From: a virus
IMG/VR virus record: IMGVR_UViG_3300032246_002620
Location: 7,654 to 71,653 of that record
DNA: 64,000 bases
Reading direction: 5' to 3' (one strand)
The notes beneath the pieces are model-generated. The model made no database searches, had not been told where the DNA came from, and worked only from the letters and a program-made list of their open reading frames with translations. Positions 47,126 through 57,263 of the stretch are shown piece after piece. Position 1 is the first letter of the stretch, and each line of letters opens with the position of its first letter. Position numbers and translations under genes: made by a program.

Positions 47126-50100
47126 ATGGCGAGGCGAATCGGCGGCTTTCGGGACATTGGCGACCCCGGCGACGCCCGCAGAAGGCTCGGTCCAAGGCCC
47201 ATGGGCTCCGCTGCGCCCGGTATGCCTGGGTTTGGGGGCGCCGCCGACGTCATGGTGCTTGGCCCCAGGCCAACAGACTCTGTCGCGCTCGGGATGCCCG
47301 GGTTTGGCCCTGGTATCAGCATTACTCCGCAGGGAGTCGGAACCGGCTGGCGCTCACTGCCCCTAGGCGAGCGCGCGAGTTGGTACGACCCTGATAGCAG
47401 TGTCAATGCCACCCAGGATCAAGCCTCCTCGGCCGTCGGCCAATGGCTTCAAGGGGAAGAAGAGAAGAAATACAGACATTCTCCGTTCAAATACACCGGC
47501 TACGGCCAGCCATCGCTGCTGCCAGGAGGCAGAGCAGAAGGCGTCAGCGCCCCTTACCGATCTCCGGACCCTCTCTCGGGAGACGGCAATCAGCGCTCAG
47601 CGACCATTCCCTACTCCCAGCGCCTTCTGTCACTCCTGAATGGAGCGGATCGGGTCGTTTTGCAGGATCCAGCGCTGCTGAGCGGTTCGATTCGGAAAGG
47701 CACGCAGACCCCGGGTGGCGTCAAGGTTGCCGTCTCTCGCGACGATCTCCCGCTATCGATCAGGCCGCAAGTGGGCGCAGATCCGGAAGAGGCTCTTAAC
47801 GTCTATCGCGGAATACTTGGTGAAGGTCCTTTTCCTGGTAGCGCTCAGGGAGCGGCGTCGGAAGACAGCTTGATTGAAGAGTTCATTGGAAGCCTTCCTT
47901 TGCGTTCGCTTTTGAAGCTTCGAGAGAAGGGACCGACAAGATCGACAATGTCGGCAGCGGAACGTTTGTATAAAAACTTCCTTCAAAACCGTTCGCCCGG
48001 GCAAACCGCAAGACGAGCGGAATACAGCGATGGAACCCCTGTCGAGCAGTTTCCCGTCAACTGGAGTACTGGACTTCCTGATGACACCCCGCTGTTTGCC
48101 AGAGGAAGATCAGGCGCCGATCGCGCGGAAACCAGGGCCCTTGGAGGCACTGTGCTGGGCTCTATCGGTCAAGATCCTGCCCTCGTTTCGACTCAATCCC
48201 GTGGCAAAGCGTCAGGAGACGAGCCCGAAACGATGGTTCCATACGTGTACCACAAGGGCGGAAGGGAATTTGAAATTCGCTACATTGATCCCACGCAAGT
48301 TGTTGAAAATATAGAAATTGACCCTAGTCAAAGAACCAGCGCACACACCTCGGACTCTTTTAGGGAAGTCACTCTTGCCAGCAAAATACAGGATGCACTT
48401 AATGACGCAAAAATACCTCTTATGCCGCTTTCGGCCCTAGAGGATGCCAGGAGGCGCGGGCGGTTCCTCCCTATCCATCGCGAGCAACAAGGCAGCCTGG
48501 CTGGCTACATCTTGAACCAAGGCGTTCCGGGAAGTGCGCCAAGAAATTTTGCTTCCGCGGACGACATCCCAGAAGCGGACCTCGCGGCGAAAGCCGGCAT
48601 CTGGAATCCCGTCTACGCGCCAGAGACCCGCGGCGCCCGGCTCACGATGCGTCGAGACGTGCCACCGGAGCGGGGATACGGCAACGCGGAGGCAATCCGC
48701 GAAAACGCCTATCGAGTCGGCGGCCCCTTGAATCGTGATCCCGATCGCTTGCGCGAGTACCTCAAAGAGGCCCTCGGACTGGCCGGCGTGCAAACGTCCA
48801 AGGAATACGCAATCCCCTGGAAACTTGAAGACAGGAACCAGGGGCTCACGCATCTTGGGCGCCTGCAGAGCGGCATTGATCGCGGTTTCCAGGTTCTGCC
48901 TGCTACGCCTGGATCGCAGCCAATCGCACGCGAAGAGCTTGCTCCCCTCCTGCAGCGCATGAGAGGGCAGGAGGACGATCCGCTGGCGTCAGGACTGAAC
49001 GTCGTCTACGACGGCAAGATTGTTCACAGACTCCTGCCCGAAAGGGACCTGGGCGGCCGACTGACCGGTCGGTTCTACACGGCCCAGGAGCAGGAGATCG
49101 GTCCAGCCGTGCTGATCGAAGATGAACTCTTGAGGCAAGAAGCAGAGAAGTTTGCCGAAAAACACGGGCTCGGCGAGGGGGGCACGCTCGACGGCTTTGC
49201 CAGAGCTATGGCCAGCGCAGGGGCTATGGCACCGAAATTCGTGCCGCGCCCCCCGGCAAACGCGGATCCGATCGCCGCGCTTGTGGCCAAAGCGGTCTTA
49301 AGCGAGCAGGAGCTGGCGGCCAATCCCATCCTGGCGGCTCACCTGGACCGCGTCACAGGGGATCGTCTGCCGGTTCTGTCAAGGACCTTCAGCGAGGCAG
49401 GCACTCCGCTTGTCCGGGTGCCGCCGGAGATCGCGGCAAAAGGCTCCTATGACGCCAAGGACCTCCTGGCACAGAGCGTTCACGACGTGACAGGGCAAAG
49501 GGTTCCCCTGGCCACGATCCGTGAACGCCTGCAATACCAGGACCGACCCGCGCCCGTGGAAACTCCCATGGATCGGGAGTTCGATCACTACGACCCAATC
49601 GGGCGTCGCTGGCTGCCGACATCGAGGGGCCAGATCGTCGACGACGCCAGGCGACAGCTGGAGGATCACGCGGACTTGCCGGAAACGGTCTCAAACACGT
49701 CCTGGGCCCCTCTGCAGGAGCAGGCCGCAGGACAGGTGCTGGGCACCGGTGACCGGCAGCTCGGGCTGCCGAGGGAGGGCAGCCAGCTGACGGGCGTTCA
49801 GTTCACGTGGGCGCCAGATCCCGCCCTGGATGCGCTGAAGGAATACATGGCGCTCCGTGCTAGGCAGATGCCAGCCAGGGTGCGCAATGTTCAGCCCGCA
49901 GACCAGCTCCAGCTGCTCCTGGATCCGGCGGTCGAGCAGCTGTCGTTGGGGCCGGCGCCGCAGCTCCGGCTCAGCCCTTTCAGCCCGGAGATGGCCGCAC
50001 GAATTTCGCACCTGCGCACGGCGCCCGAGGTGCAGCTCGGCGCAGGCCGTGGACCACGGGTCGATCAGCTGGGGCTTCCGCTGCAGGCAGGGGTCTACGC

Positions 50101-50446
50101 CACGGCGAATGGCGAGGTGCGGCGTTCCTTCGACCCTCCGGATCGCCCTGGGTTCAGGCCGGCTCGCAACGTGGGCCGCGCCGCCGGCCCCTACGCAGGC
50201 AGCGATTACTACGGCTTGGGCGGCGATGCCAGTCCGTACCAGCAGCCGATGACCATGGCAGGGGCTATAGGCGGGTTCAACTATGACGCTATGGCGCAGG
50301 GGCTTGGCGCAGCGCCAGGCAGCCCCGAGCACACCATGGCCATGGCCCAACTGGCCAGCCGGGTTGCCGCCCGCAGGAGGGCCACTGCTGCGGGTTCCCA
50401 ACGCACCGTGACCCCCCAGGTGGAGCAAATGGGCTTTCTGCCCTGA
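47126..50446 (+). CDS. Large P/G-rich putative internal virion protein
   Basis: 1106 aa, first gene of late arm; TAGACT at 47088; repeated QLxL in C-terminus. Confidence 0.75.
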   Translation: MARRIGGFRDIGDPGDARRRLGPRPMGSAAPGMPGFGGAADVMVLGPRPTDSVALGMPGFGPGISITPQGVGTGWRSLPLGERASWYDPDSSVNATQDQASSAVGQWLQGEEEKKYRHSPFKYTGYGQPSLLPGGRAEGVSAPYRSPDPLSGDGNQRSATIPYSQRLLSLLNGADRVVLQDPALLSGSIRKGTQTPGGVKVAVSRDDLPLSIRPQVGADPEEALNVYRGILGEGPFPGSAQGAASEDSLIEEFIGSLPLRSLLKLREKGPTRSTMSAAERLYKNFLQNRSPGQTARRAEYSDGTPVEQFPVNWSTGLPDDTPLFARGRSGADRAETRALGGTVLGSIGQDPALVSTQSRGKASGDEPETMVPYVYHKGGREFEIRYIDPTQVVENIEIDPSQRTSAHTSDSFREVTLASKIQDALNDAKIPLMPLSALEDARRRGRFLPIHREQQGSLAGYILNQGVPGSAPRNFASADDIPEADLAAKAGIWNPVYAPETRGARLTMRRDVPPERGYGNAEAIRENAYRVGGPLNRDPDRLREYLKEALGLAGVQTSKEYAIPWKLEDRNQGLTHLGRLQSGIDRGFQVLPATPGSQPIAREELAPLLQRMRGQEDDPLASGLNVVYDGKIVHRLLPERDLGGRLTGRFYTAQEQEIGPAVLIEDELLRQEAEKFAEKHGLGEGGTLDGFARAMASAGAMAPKFVPRPPANADPIAALVAKAVLSEQELAANPILAAHLDRVTGDRLPVLSRTFSEAGTPLVRVPPEIAAKGSYDAKDLLAQSVHDVTGQRVPLATIRERLQYQDRPAPVETPMDREFDHYDPIGRRWLPTSRGQIVDDARRQLEDHADLPETVSNTSWAPLQEQAAGQVLGTGDRQLGLPREGSQLTGVQFTWAPDPALDALKEYMALRARQMPARVRNVQPADQLQLLLDPAVEQLSLGPAPQLRLSPFSPEMAARISHLRTAPEVQLGAGRGPRVDQLGLPLQAGVYATANGEVRRSFDPPDRPGFRPARNVGRAAGPYAGSDYYGLGGDASPYQQPMTMAGAIGGFNYDAMAQGLGAAPGSPEHTMAMAQLASRVAARRRATAAGSQRTVTPQVEQMGFLP

Positions 50447-50500
50447 CCGGCAGGAGCCCTGCTCCAGTCCCCCTAGCATGCGTTCAGCGAGGCTTTAGCG

Positions 50501-50794
50501 GTGCGTTACACGGGTATCAACGAGAACCCATATGAAGGGCCGCGACTCTCCGCAGCTCTTCGCGCCTCCCAGTATCAACAGGAAAAGAAAGGTGACGTCC
50601 TGATGAGCTCTCAAGATGGGGCATCCGACAAGACGCCGTCTGTTGCATTCAACGCAATCGGCGTCAACAAGGGAGAGTTCGGCCGGGCGGCCGTGGATCC
50701 CAAGTCTCAAGGCTTCTTCAATGGTTACGCTCAGCGCCTGCAGGCGTTTGGGGCCCTGTCCCAGCCTCCCTCTCAACCCAGCTCGGCTGCCTGA
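50501..50794 (+). CDS. Hypothetical late protein
   Basis: CCTAGCAT at 50472. Confidence 0.6.
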   Translation: MRYTGINENPYEGPRLSAALRASQYQQEKKGDVLMSSQDGASDKTPSVAFNAIGVNKGEFGRAAVDPKSQGFFNGYAQRLQAFGALSQPPSQPSSAA

Positions 50795-50800
50795 TTCGCC

Positions 50801-51331
50801 ATGAGATTCGCTTTTTCACGCCTGGCTCCGTTCATGAAGGATCTTGGGAGAGCCGTGCTGCCAACGGGAGCCGACCTCGCCATGAGCGTGCTCCCGAACG
50901 TCATTTTCTCTGGCATGACCGCGGCTTCGCTGCCGGAGGGGACCGATCTCACGACTCGGCTTGGCGCCGGCGCAGAGGACCTCCTGGGCGGCCTGGCTGC
51001 TCAGACGCTGGGCAGGGGCATGGGCTACTCAGTCGGGCGAGGAGTCGGGAGGGTGCTCAACAAGCCCCTCCCTGAGGAATGGAGGCACATCGTCACCGGC
51101 GCCGGCGAGATTGCCACGGAAGCCGGGGCGTATCCCTTCATGCCGCGACCGTTCGCCAACAAAGCCTACGAGGACTACAACCAGCGCATGGCGGTAGACC
51201 AAGAAGAGGCTCAACTGCAGCATGACGAAGAAGTTCGCCAGCGGGCGTTGCTCGACGCCCATGCGTTCGGCTATCAGACGCTGCCCTCCTTCCAGCAAGC
51301 CTTCCTTCCCGGCGCCGGGGGCCACGGCTGA
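50801..51331 (+). CDS. Putative virion/ejection protein
   Basis: Gly-zipper segments. Confidence 0.65.
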   Translation: MRFAFSRLAPFMKDLGRAVLPTGADLAMSVLPNVIFSGMTAASLPEGTDLTTRLGAGAEDLLGGLAAQTLGRGMGYSVGRGVGRVLNKPLPEEWRHIVTGAGEIATEAGAYPFMPRPFANKAYEDYNQRMAVDQEEAQLQHDEEVRQRALLDAHAFGYQTLPSFQQAFLPGAGGHG

Positions 51332-52650
51332 TGGAGATCCCTCGGATCCCCAGGTCAGGCCTTGGGCTGCGGGATGTCTTCAAGCAGGCCTTCATGGCCG
51401 ACCCGGACTTCAGGTCCTACGGGAGCGTCGCAGATCCGTTCGCGTGGCTGATGCGCCGCTCGAACATCCTCGACGCCGCCAGGCAGTACGCCCCTGAGTA
51501 CCTGCTTGGGTACGGCCCGGATAAGCTCAAGGCGTTCGACGAGCAGCGGGCGGCCGACCCCGAGATGCGGCAGAACACGCTGCGGGTCGGGGACTTCCCA
51601 GAACTTGACGGCAAGGACGTCAAACAGGGGCGCGGGCCTGACCTTGCTCGCCGCGGCGCTCAGTTCGCCGGCGCTGCCGCCAAGGACGCCACGACGCAAG
51701 GGCTGCAGAGCATCTGGTGGTTCCTGAATGCTCCAGAAGCTGCCTCGGTACTAGCTGCCAGCCAGACGCAACACGGAGCCCTGGGAAGCCGCTTGCTGCC
51801 GTGGGAAGAGCCGATTCCTCACGCTCCCCTGGGATCCCCGATCACCCGGCCGTCGCTGAGGTTTGCCGCCGCGTTCCCTCTCGTCTTGGCCGCCTCCGCT
51901 GCATCGGGCACCCTGTTCCGTCAGTCCGGTTACGGGGCTGTGCTGCCTACCGAAGAGGACAAGAGGGAGAGTGCCGATCCAATGACCGAGAGGCTTTACC
52001 GCACCGTCGGCCGCAGCGGTTCGCTGCTGCCCTACAAGGAGTTTGTCCAGGAGCGCCCCGACGTGTCGCCCGGGGAGTACGAGTCGTACAAGGCCTTCCT
52101 TCATGGCGACAAGGGACTGATCAAGTTCACTCCGGACGGGATCAATGGGCCGGAGGTCAACTTCGTCGGCAAGTCGATCCCCCTGCTGACCGGCCTGTTG
52201 CCCCTGGTCGGCGGCATCGTGGCCGGCCGAGCTGGACTTCGGATGGCCGGCAAGCGCCTGGCTGACGCACCGGGCGGCAACCGCTTCGAAGAGCTCCAGT
52301 CCCTCAGGGAGGCCAAGGACAAAGCGAAGCTCAACCTGACCTACACCAGAGGAGGCTTTGCGCCCGAGGCCCCAGGAGGCGGGAAGTTGACGATCGAAGA
52401 AGCGGCCAAGATTCACGCAAGAGCCGTCGAGGACTACACGGCAGCCGCGAATCACGTCGAGTCCAGGCTCCTGCTGGGCACCCTGGCCGGCACCTCGGCG
52501 GGACTGGGGATCACCGGCGCCGGGGCGATGCTGCTCGAGCAGGTGCGCCGCGCCCGCAACCTGGAGGAGCATCGCCTCGCTGCAGAGGAAGCAGAAGGAA
52601 TGGTCCAGCAAGCGCAACTGCCAGGCAGGCTCACCGCGGGCGCTGCGTAG
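51331..52650 (+). CDS. Putative virion/ejection protein with RMAG and TM-like segments
   Basis: 439 aa; hydrophobic Gly-rich helices; GLRMAGK. Confidence 0.7.
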   Translation: MEIPRIPRSGLGLRDVFKQAFMADPDFRSYGSVADPFAWLMRRSNILDAARQYAPEYLLGYGPDKLKAFDEQRAADPEMRQNTLRVGDFPELDGKDVKQGRGPDLARRGAQFAGAAAKDATTQGLQSIWWFLNAPEAASVLAASQTQHGALGSRLLPWEEPIPHAPLGSPITRPSLRFAAAFPLVLAASAASGTLFRQSGYGAVLPTEEDKRESADPMTERLYRTVGRSGSLLPYKEFVQERPDVSPGEYESYKAFLHGDKGLIKFTPDGINGPEVNFVGKSIPLLTGLLPLVGGIVAGRAGLRMAGKRLADAPGGNRFEELQSLREAKDKAKLNLTYTRGGFAPEAPGGGKLTIEEAAKIHARAVEDYTAAANHVESRLLLGTLAGTSAGLGITGAGAMLLEQVRRARNLEEHRLAAEEAEGMVQQAQLPGRLTAGAA

Positions 52651-52680
52651 AATGCCCAGGTAGGCAGAGCGAGAGCCAGC

Positions 52681-53028
52681 GTGAACGGCGACGGCGATCC
52701 GTACGGGGGGCAGGTCTTCGGGGCGGCCGCGGCCCGTAAGCGCGCAAGTCGGTACACCGAACTGCGCGCCGGGCTGAAGCAAGAGCGCGACAACGCTCAG
52801 ATGATGTACGGCGGCACCAATCAGGCCGGGCAGCCAGCCGGGTCTTCCGCCCTGCAACAGGGGCTGAGCAGCGCAGCCTCCGGGACAGGCAAGTTCCTTG
52901 GCGGCGCCCTTGCTACCGGGCTCTCGGGGATCTTCGGCGGCGGGGGCGGATCAGCAGTTTCCAGCTTGTGGAACAAGAGCGCATCGATCGGCCCGTCGAC
53001 CTGGATGTCCGGTTTTGGGATCAAGTAG
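52681..53028 (+). CDS. Putative DNA pilot/ejection protein
   Basis: Gly/Ser-rich hydrophobic C-terminal half. Confidence 0.6.
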   Translation: MNGDGDPYGGQVFGAAAARKRASRYTELRAGLKQERDNAQMMYGGTNQAGQPAGSSALQQGLSSAASGTGKFLGGALATGLSGIFGGGGGSAVSSLWNKSASIGPSTWMSGFGIK

Positions 53029-53030
53029 TC

Positions 53031-53348
53031 ATGGCAAGCCGTTTCACAGCCAACGGATTCGACACCAGCGGATTGAGCGCTGATGTGGCCACTGGGCCGG
53101 GAAGCAGCGCGAAATACTACGGCAATACGAGGTTCATGGATGACTACCTCGACAGCGAAGACCAGAAGAATGCTTTTGAAATTGATAAGAAAAACACCGA
53201 TTCTTTCGTAAGGGCTCGTCAGCTTGGGGCGATGTACCAGCAGGGCTCCAGCAAAGCCAAGGCTCCGAACCTTGCCGGTGAATTGGGCAAGGTCGCAGCC
53301 GGCTCGGCCGTCAGCGCTGCGGTGACCGCCGGCTTCGCGCTGATCTGA
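53031..53348 (+). CDS. Putative ejection protein
   Basis: ATG 53031; hydrophobic C-terminus. Confidence 0.6.
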   Translation: MASRFTANGFDTSGLSADVATGPGSSAKYYGNTRFMDDYLDSEDQKNAFEIDKKNTDSFVRARQLGAMYQQGSSKAKAPNLAGELGKVAAGSAVSAAVTAGFALI

Positions 53349-53352
53349 CGCG

Positions 53353-54240
53353 ATGGACGGCTTCTCCCGACGCGTTGATCGGACCCTGGCGCTGATTGAG
53401 CGTGGCCACGAATCGTTCCCACTGAACGCGGTGCTGTGGTCGGGCGGCAAGGACTCCATGGTCCTGCTGCACCTGCTGCACGACCTCGGGTTCCAACCGC
53501 CGGTGATCTTCTTCCGCGAGCCATGGCAGCCGCGCCGGTACTCCTTTCATGACAGGTTGATCCGGGACTGGGGACTGCAGGTGATCTCTTGGCACCCGAG
53601 CCTGGTCGCCTTCCAGTCGCATGGTGATGAGTTCGAGCTGCAAAACGTCTACCGGCTGAACGGCGGCAGCTTCTCCTGCCCCACGGGGATTACGCACCGC
53701 GGCCCCGGTCCCGCCGGCGAGGACAGGGAGGAGCCCTGGGTCTGCGCGGTTGAGATGGCACGCCGTCCGACCCAGGAGGGGCTGAACGCACATACGCCGT
53801 TCCAGGCGTTCTGGATTGGGCACAAGGAGTGCGACACCGATGCCGTGTTGGGCGGCCCGGCCGGCACCAAGGTGGACGCCGTGATGCGCGCCGATGGGGC
53901 TATGGCCCTGTTCCCACTGCGGGGCTGGAGCGATGCGGACGTTTGGCACTACATCGAGGCGTACAACGTGCCCTACGACCGGGAGCGCTACCGGCTCATT
54001 GATCCTGACCTTGGGCACCCGATCGAGGATCCGAATCGGCTGCACAACATCGACTACGTGCATGCCTGCACGGCGTGTATCGATCCCCGCTCGGGCGCCC
54101 CTGGGTCCGTCTATTGCCCGAAGCTCGATCGCACGATCGCCAACTGCTCAGAATTGGTGCCTTGGACAGAGCCGGTGAGGCCAAAATACATGGCCGAAGA
54201 GGGACAGGATCTGCCGCCTAGAATCGGCGCAGGCTTGTAG
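53353..54240 (+). CDS. Phosphoadenosine phosphosulfate reductase (PP-loop) family protein
   Basis: VLWSGGKDSMVLLHL; FPLRGWSDADVWHYI; HACTAC...YCPK. Confidence 0.88.
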   Translation: MDGFSRRVDRTLALIERGHESFPLNAVLWSGGKDSMVLLHLLHDLGFQPPVIFFREPWQPRRYSFHDRLIRDWGLQVISWHPSLVAFQSHGDEFELQNVYRLNGGSFSCPTGITHRGPGPAGEDREEPWVCAVEMARRPTQEGLNAHTPFQAFWIGHKECDTDAVLGGPAGTKVDAVMRADGAMALFPLRGWSDADVWHYIEAYNVPYDRERYRLIDPDLGHPIEDPNRLHNIDYVHACTACIDPRSGAPGSVYCPKLDRTIANCSELVPWTEPVRPKYMAEEGQDLPPRIGAGL

Positions 54241-54250
54241 TAGCGAGAAC

Positions 54251-54907
54251 ATGTCCGGCCCTGCCACAATCCCGCCCACAATCCCGCCCACAATCCCGGC
54301 CCGTCAGGGGTTTCTGGACAGCCTGACCCCTGCGCAGAAGCGGGCCATCGGTGCGGCGGGCTTTGCGCTGAGTGGCGTTCCGATCGCGTTGAGCGCGATG
54401 AATGAGCTCAACGGCGATCCGACGAACCCCCTGGCCAACGCCGGCGGCGCGGTCGGATCGCTGGGGCTTGGCGCAGCGGGAGCCTTCGCTGGGGGCGTCC
54501 TCGGGGCTCCTTTTGGTGGGGCGATCGGCAGTTTTATCGGCCGGACCGTTGGCGGCCTCGCCGGCAGTGCACTAGGCGGTTCTCTCGGTGCAGGCGCCGT
54601 CAAGGGCATCCAGTCCCTGACAAGTGACCCCGTCGGCAATGAGATCAGGGCCAACGAACGGCGCATCGCCTCTGCCATGAAGACGCAGAACATGGCCGCC
54701 TGGCAGCAGCTGCCGGTGCAGATGGCCTACCAGCGAGCGGAGGATGCTTCTGATGCCCGGAGGGCCGCCATTGCTGCGGACCTGAACTCCAGGAACGCTT
54801 ACATGCAAGCGCTGTTTGGCGCGGCCATGAATCCAGGTAGGTCCTATACGGACCCTGCCGCCGCGCAGCTGATGGCCAGTGCCCTGTCTTCGGGGATTGC
54901 GCGATGA
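54251..54907 (+). CDS. Gly-zipper virion/ejection protein
   Basis: Long GxxxG zipper; N-terminal 12-bp x3 repeat (TIPP); CCTAGAAT at 54217. Confidence 0.7.
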   Translation: MSGPATIPPTIPPTIPARQGFLDSLTPAQKRAIGAAGFALSGVPIALSAMNELNGDPTNPLANAGGAVGSLGLGAAGAFAGGVLGAPFGGAIGSFIGRTVGGLAGSALGGSLGAGAVKGIQSLTSDPVGNEIRANERRIASAMKTQNMAAWQQLPVQMAYQRAEDASDARRAAIAADLNSRNAYMQALFGAAMNPGRSYTDPAAAQLMASALSSGIAR

Positions 54908-55383
54908 CGGTGATTGCGCCCGAGTCGTTTGGCAACCTGCTGGCTGGGGCCTGGGACTACAAGTCAACGCCTTTCCAGAGCCGCGAGCTGAGCCGGATGA
55001 ACAACCAGGCCCGACTCAAAGAGGTCGAGGCCAACAACGCCAACATGCTGGACCAGGTCCGACTTCGCAACGAAGGAGACCTTGCCCTCCGGCGGTTTGA
55101 CGCCAAAGTCAACCGGCAAAACAGTGTACGCGCTGGGCTGTTCAACCTGGCCAGCAATCTGTCCAGCTTTTCCGGATCGGGCACCGGCGGCCGTTTTGCG
55201 GGATCGCCTGAGCTACAGAAACTTCTCCTGGATGCAGGCAGGCCGCCGACGTTGAACGGTCAGTTGGGCGATTTTGCTGATACGACGGACCTCCTGAACC
55301 ACATTCGGTCGAACACGCTCCCGTGGACGGGGAGCACCGACGCCCTTGCCGCGGGTATCTTGAATAACGGCTTCAGCCAGTAG
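54904..55383 (+). CDS. Putative virion protein with internal RFAG
   Basis: GTGGRFAGSPEL. Confidence 0.65.
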   Translation: MTVIAPESFGNLLAGAWDYKSTPFQSRELSRMNNQARLKEVEANNANMLDQVRLRNEGDLALRRFDAKVNRQNSVRAGLFNLASNLSSFSGSGTGGRFAGSPELQKLLLDAGRPPTLNGQLGDFADTTDLLNHIRSNTLPWTGSTDALAAGILNNGFSQ

Positions 55384-55456
55384 CTCGCGTCCGCTTGCCA
55401 GGGCGAGCAGTTTGTCATTCCCCCTAGAATCGGGCGATAGGAGGCAGGGTCACCTC

Positions 55457-56155
55457 ATGGGCGTAGGCGGTTTTCTTCGTGACGCCGCAACCGGCATCGG
55501 TTCGGTTGCGGACGCCTTTGGCTCCGTCTCGCGGGAACGGCAGCTACGGGAGTACAGGGACCTGCAGGCGGAAGCTGAACGGGACCGGATTAAGTCTGAG
55601 AGGAGGTCAGAGGAGCTTGAGACCAGAAGGCAGCAGCTGGGCCTCCAAGCCGAAGACAGGCTTCCGGCTCAGGCAGGAAAGATCCTAGACGTTACCAACC
55701 GCGGCGCGGAATCTCAACTTGGCAGGGATACTCGCTTCCAGCGCAGCACAGTAGACAACGCAGAGAGGCTGAATCGAGCGGGTGTCAAGGGAAGGATTGC
55801 AGAAAGAGGCGCAGACTACGAGGGGCAGGGCAAGTTATATGGCTCGCAAACGGACGCTGACATTCGTAAAACATTTGCGGAGGTTGGAGCCAGGCGCGGG
55901 CTCATCGGAGGCACTTTAAGGGACGTCCTTGGCCAGAGCGGCGGCCAGCAACTTGCGATGACCAACCGGTTCATCGGTGACGGCCCTGGACTGATCCCGC
56001 AGCTCACGGCCTCGAATGAGCGCCAACAGCGGAACTACCTGGACACCGTGCTGGAGCTGCGGCAGATGGACCAGCCCCAGGGGATTGCGAAGTTTGCGCA
56101 GCAGCTCGCTCCCGTCGTTGGCATGGGCGCTTCAATCCTCGGTGCATTTGTGTAA
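55457..56155 (+). CDS. Putative ejection protein
   Basis: CCTAGAAT at 55423, AGGAGG, ATG 55457; coiled coil with hydrophobic ends. Confidence 0.7.
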   Translation: MGVGGFLRDAATGIGSVADAFGSVSRERQLREYRDLQAEAERDRIKSERRSEELETRRQQLGLQAEDRLPAQAGKILDVTNRGAESQLGRDTRFQRSTVDNAERLNRAGVKGRIAERGADYEGQGKLYGSQTDADIRKTFAEVGARRGLIGGTLRDVLGQSGGQQLAMTNRFIGDGPGLIPQLTASNERQQRNYLDTVLELRQMDQPQGIAKFAQQLAPVVGMGASILGAFV

Positions 56156-56158
56156 GCC

Positions 56159-56719
56159 ATGAGCAGCAGAGCAGGGCGTGCCGCACGAGCAGAGGCCAGG
56201 GCCAGGGCGGCCCAGCAGGCTTCTCAGCGCGCGCCGGATCCCGGCCCGGAGCCCGATTACAACACTCCGAGTTCTTTCTACGGCGCAAGCGATGATTTGA
56301 ATGCCTCGATCAGTGGCTGGTTGAATAGCAACAAGGGCAACAAGGCCGTTGGGGCAGCTGGCGCCGACCTGTTCTACAACTCCGCCACAGCGGCGCTCAA
56401 GCAGAACAGCGACGTGAACTACGCCAAAGCGATGATGCCGCACGCCTTGGACTATCAACGGCAGGCTCAAGACATTGCCACCAGGGCGAGAAGGGACGAG
56501 ATCGAAGCTCAGGGCGCACAGGACTACAGGCAAGAGGAATTGCGCACTGGCGCGCAACGGTACGCGGCCGATCAGAGCTTGACTGGCCAGCGCGAGGGCT
56601 ACCAGAGCCAAGAGAAGCAGATTGGCCTGGAGGGGGAGGAGAAGCGTAAGACCGAGCTGACCCTCCGCGCGGACGCTCGTGGGGCCATCCGCGACCGGGG
56701 GCGGACACTGTTTGCCTGA
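56159..56719 (+). CDS. Putative virion protein
   Basis: GxExR-type helical repeats. Confidence 0.65.
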   Translation: MSSRAGRAARAEARARAAQQASQRAPDPGPEPDYNTPSSFYGASDDLNASISGWLNSNKGNKAVGAAGADLFYNSATAALKQNSDVNYAKAMMPHALDYQRQAQDIATRARRDEIEAQGAQDYRQEELRTGAQRYAADQSLTGQREGYQSQEKQIGLEGEEKRKTELTLRADARGAIRDRGRTLFA

Positions 56720-57242
56720 TTCCGCCCCGGCTGTTGCTGGCTTTCTGTCCTCCCTGGACAGTGGGCAGAGGGAGCGATTCCTCCTGGCCTGCGAAGCGCG
56801 CGACTCCGCCCTGCAAACCTGGATGTACGCCTGCGCCATGGGCTACGAGGGGGACTTCCTGGAGCTCGAAGGTTGGCTGCAGAAGCGATACCCCCGGCTC
56901 GATCGGCGCAAGATGCTTTTGGCTGAGGCCATCAAACTTGAGGCCGATATTGCCGGCCTGCGCGATCCCGGCGGCATGGTCGGCTCCGGTGACGACGGGG
57001 CTACACCGATCAAGCCACTCGACGCGGCCAGGAACATCGCTTCGCTTTCCAAAGAGCTGCGCGGGCACTTGGTCGAGGTCGAGCGGATGACCCGGGCGGT
57101 CGATCGCCGCGGGCTTCTGCTTACCGGCGCGGATCGCCTGCTGCGAATCCTGCAGGACATGTTTGCAGAGAGCGATGAGATGAAAGCAGCCCTGGAGCAG
57201 GGCTACGAGTCGTTCTGGAGCCAGGTGAACGACGAACGGTAG
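56712..57242 (+). CDS. Putative terminase small subunit (start uncertain)
   Basis: Helical protein immediately upstream of terL. Confidence 0.5.
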   Translation: MPDSAPAVAGFLSSLDSGQRERFLLACEARDSALQTWMYACAMGYEGDFLELEGWLQKRYPRLDRRKMLLAEAIKLEADIAGLRDPGGMVGSGDDGATPIKPLDAARNIASLSKELRGHLVEVERMTRAVDRRGLLLTGADRLLRILQDMFAESDEMKAALEQGYESFWSQVNDER

Positions 57243-57263
57243 CCAGCGGCTACGCTGATTGCC

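Noticed and set aside
54264-54298. 12-bp x3 tandem repeat (TIPP)
   Set aside because: Simple in-frame slippage repeat with no evident function
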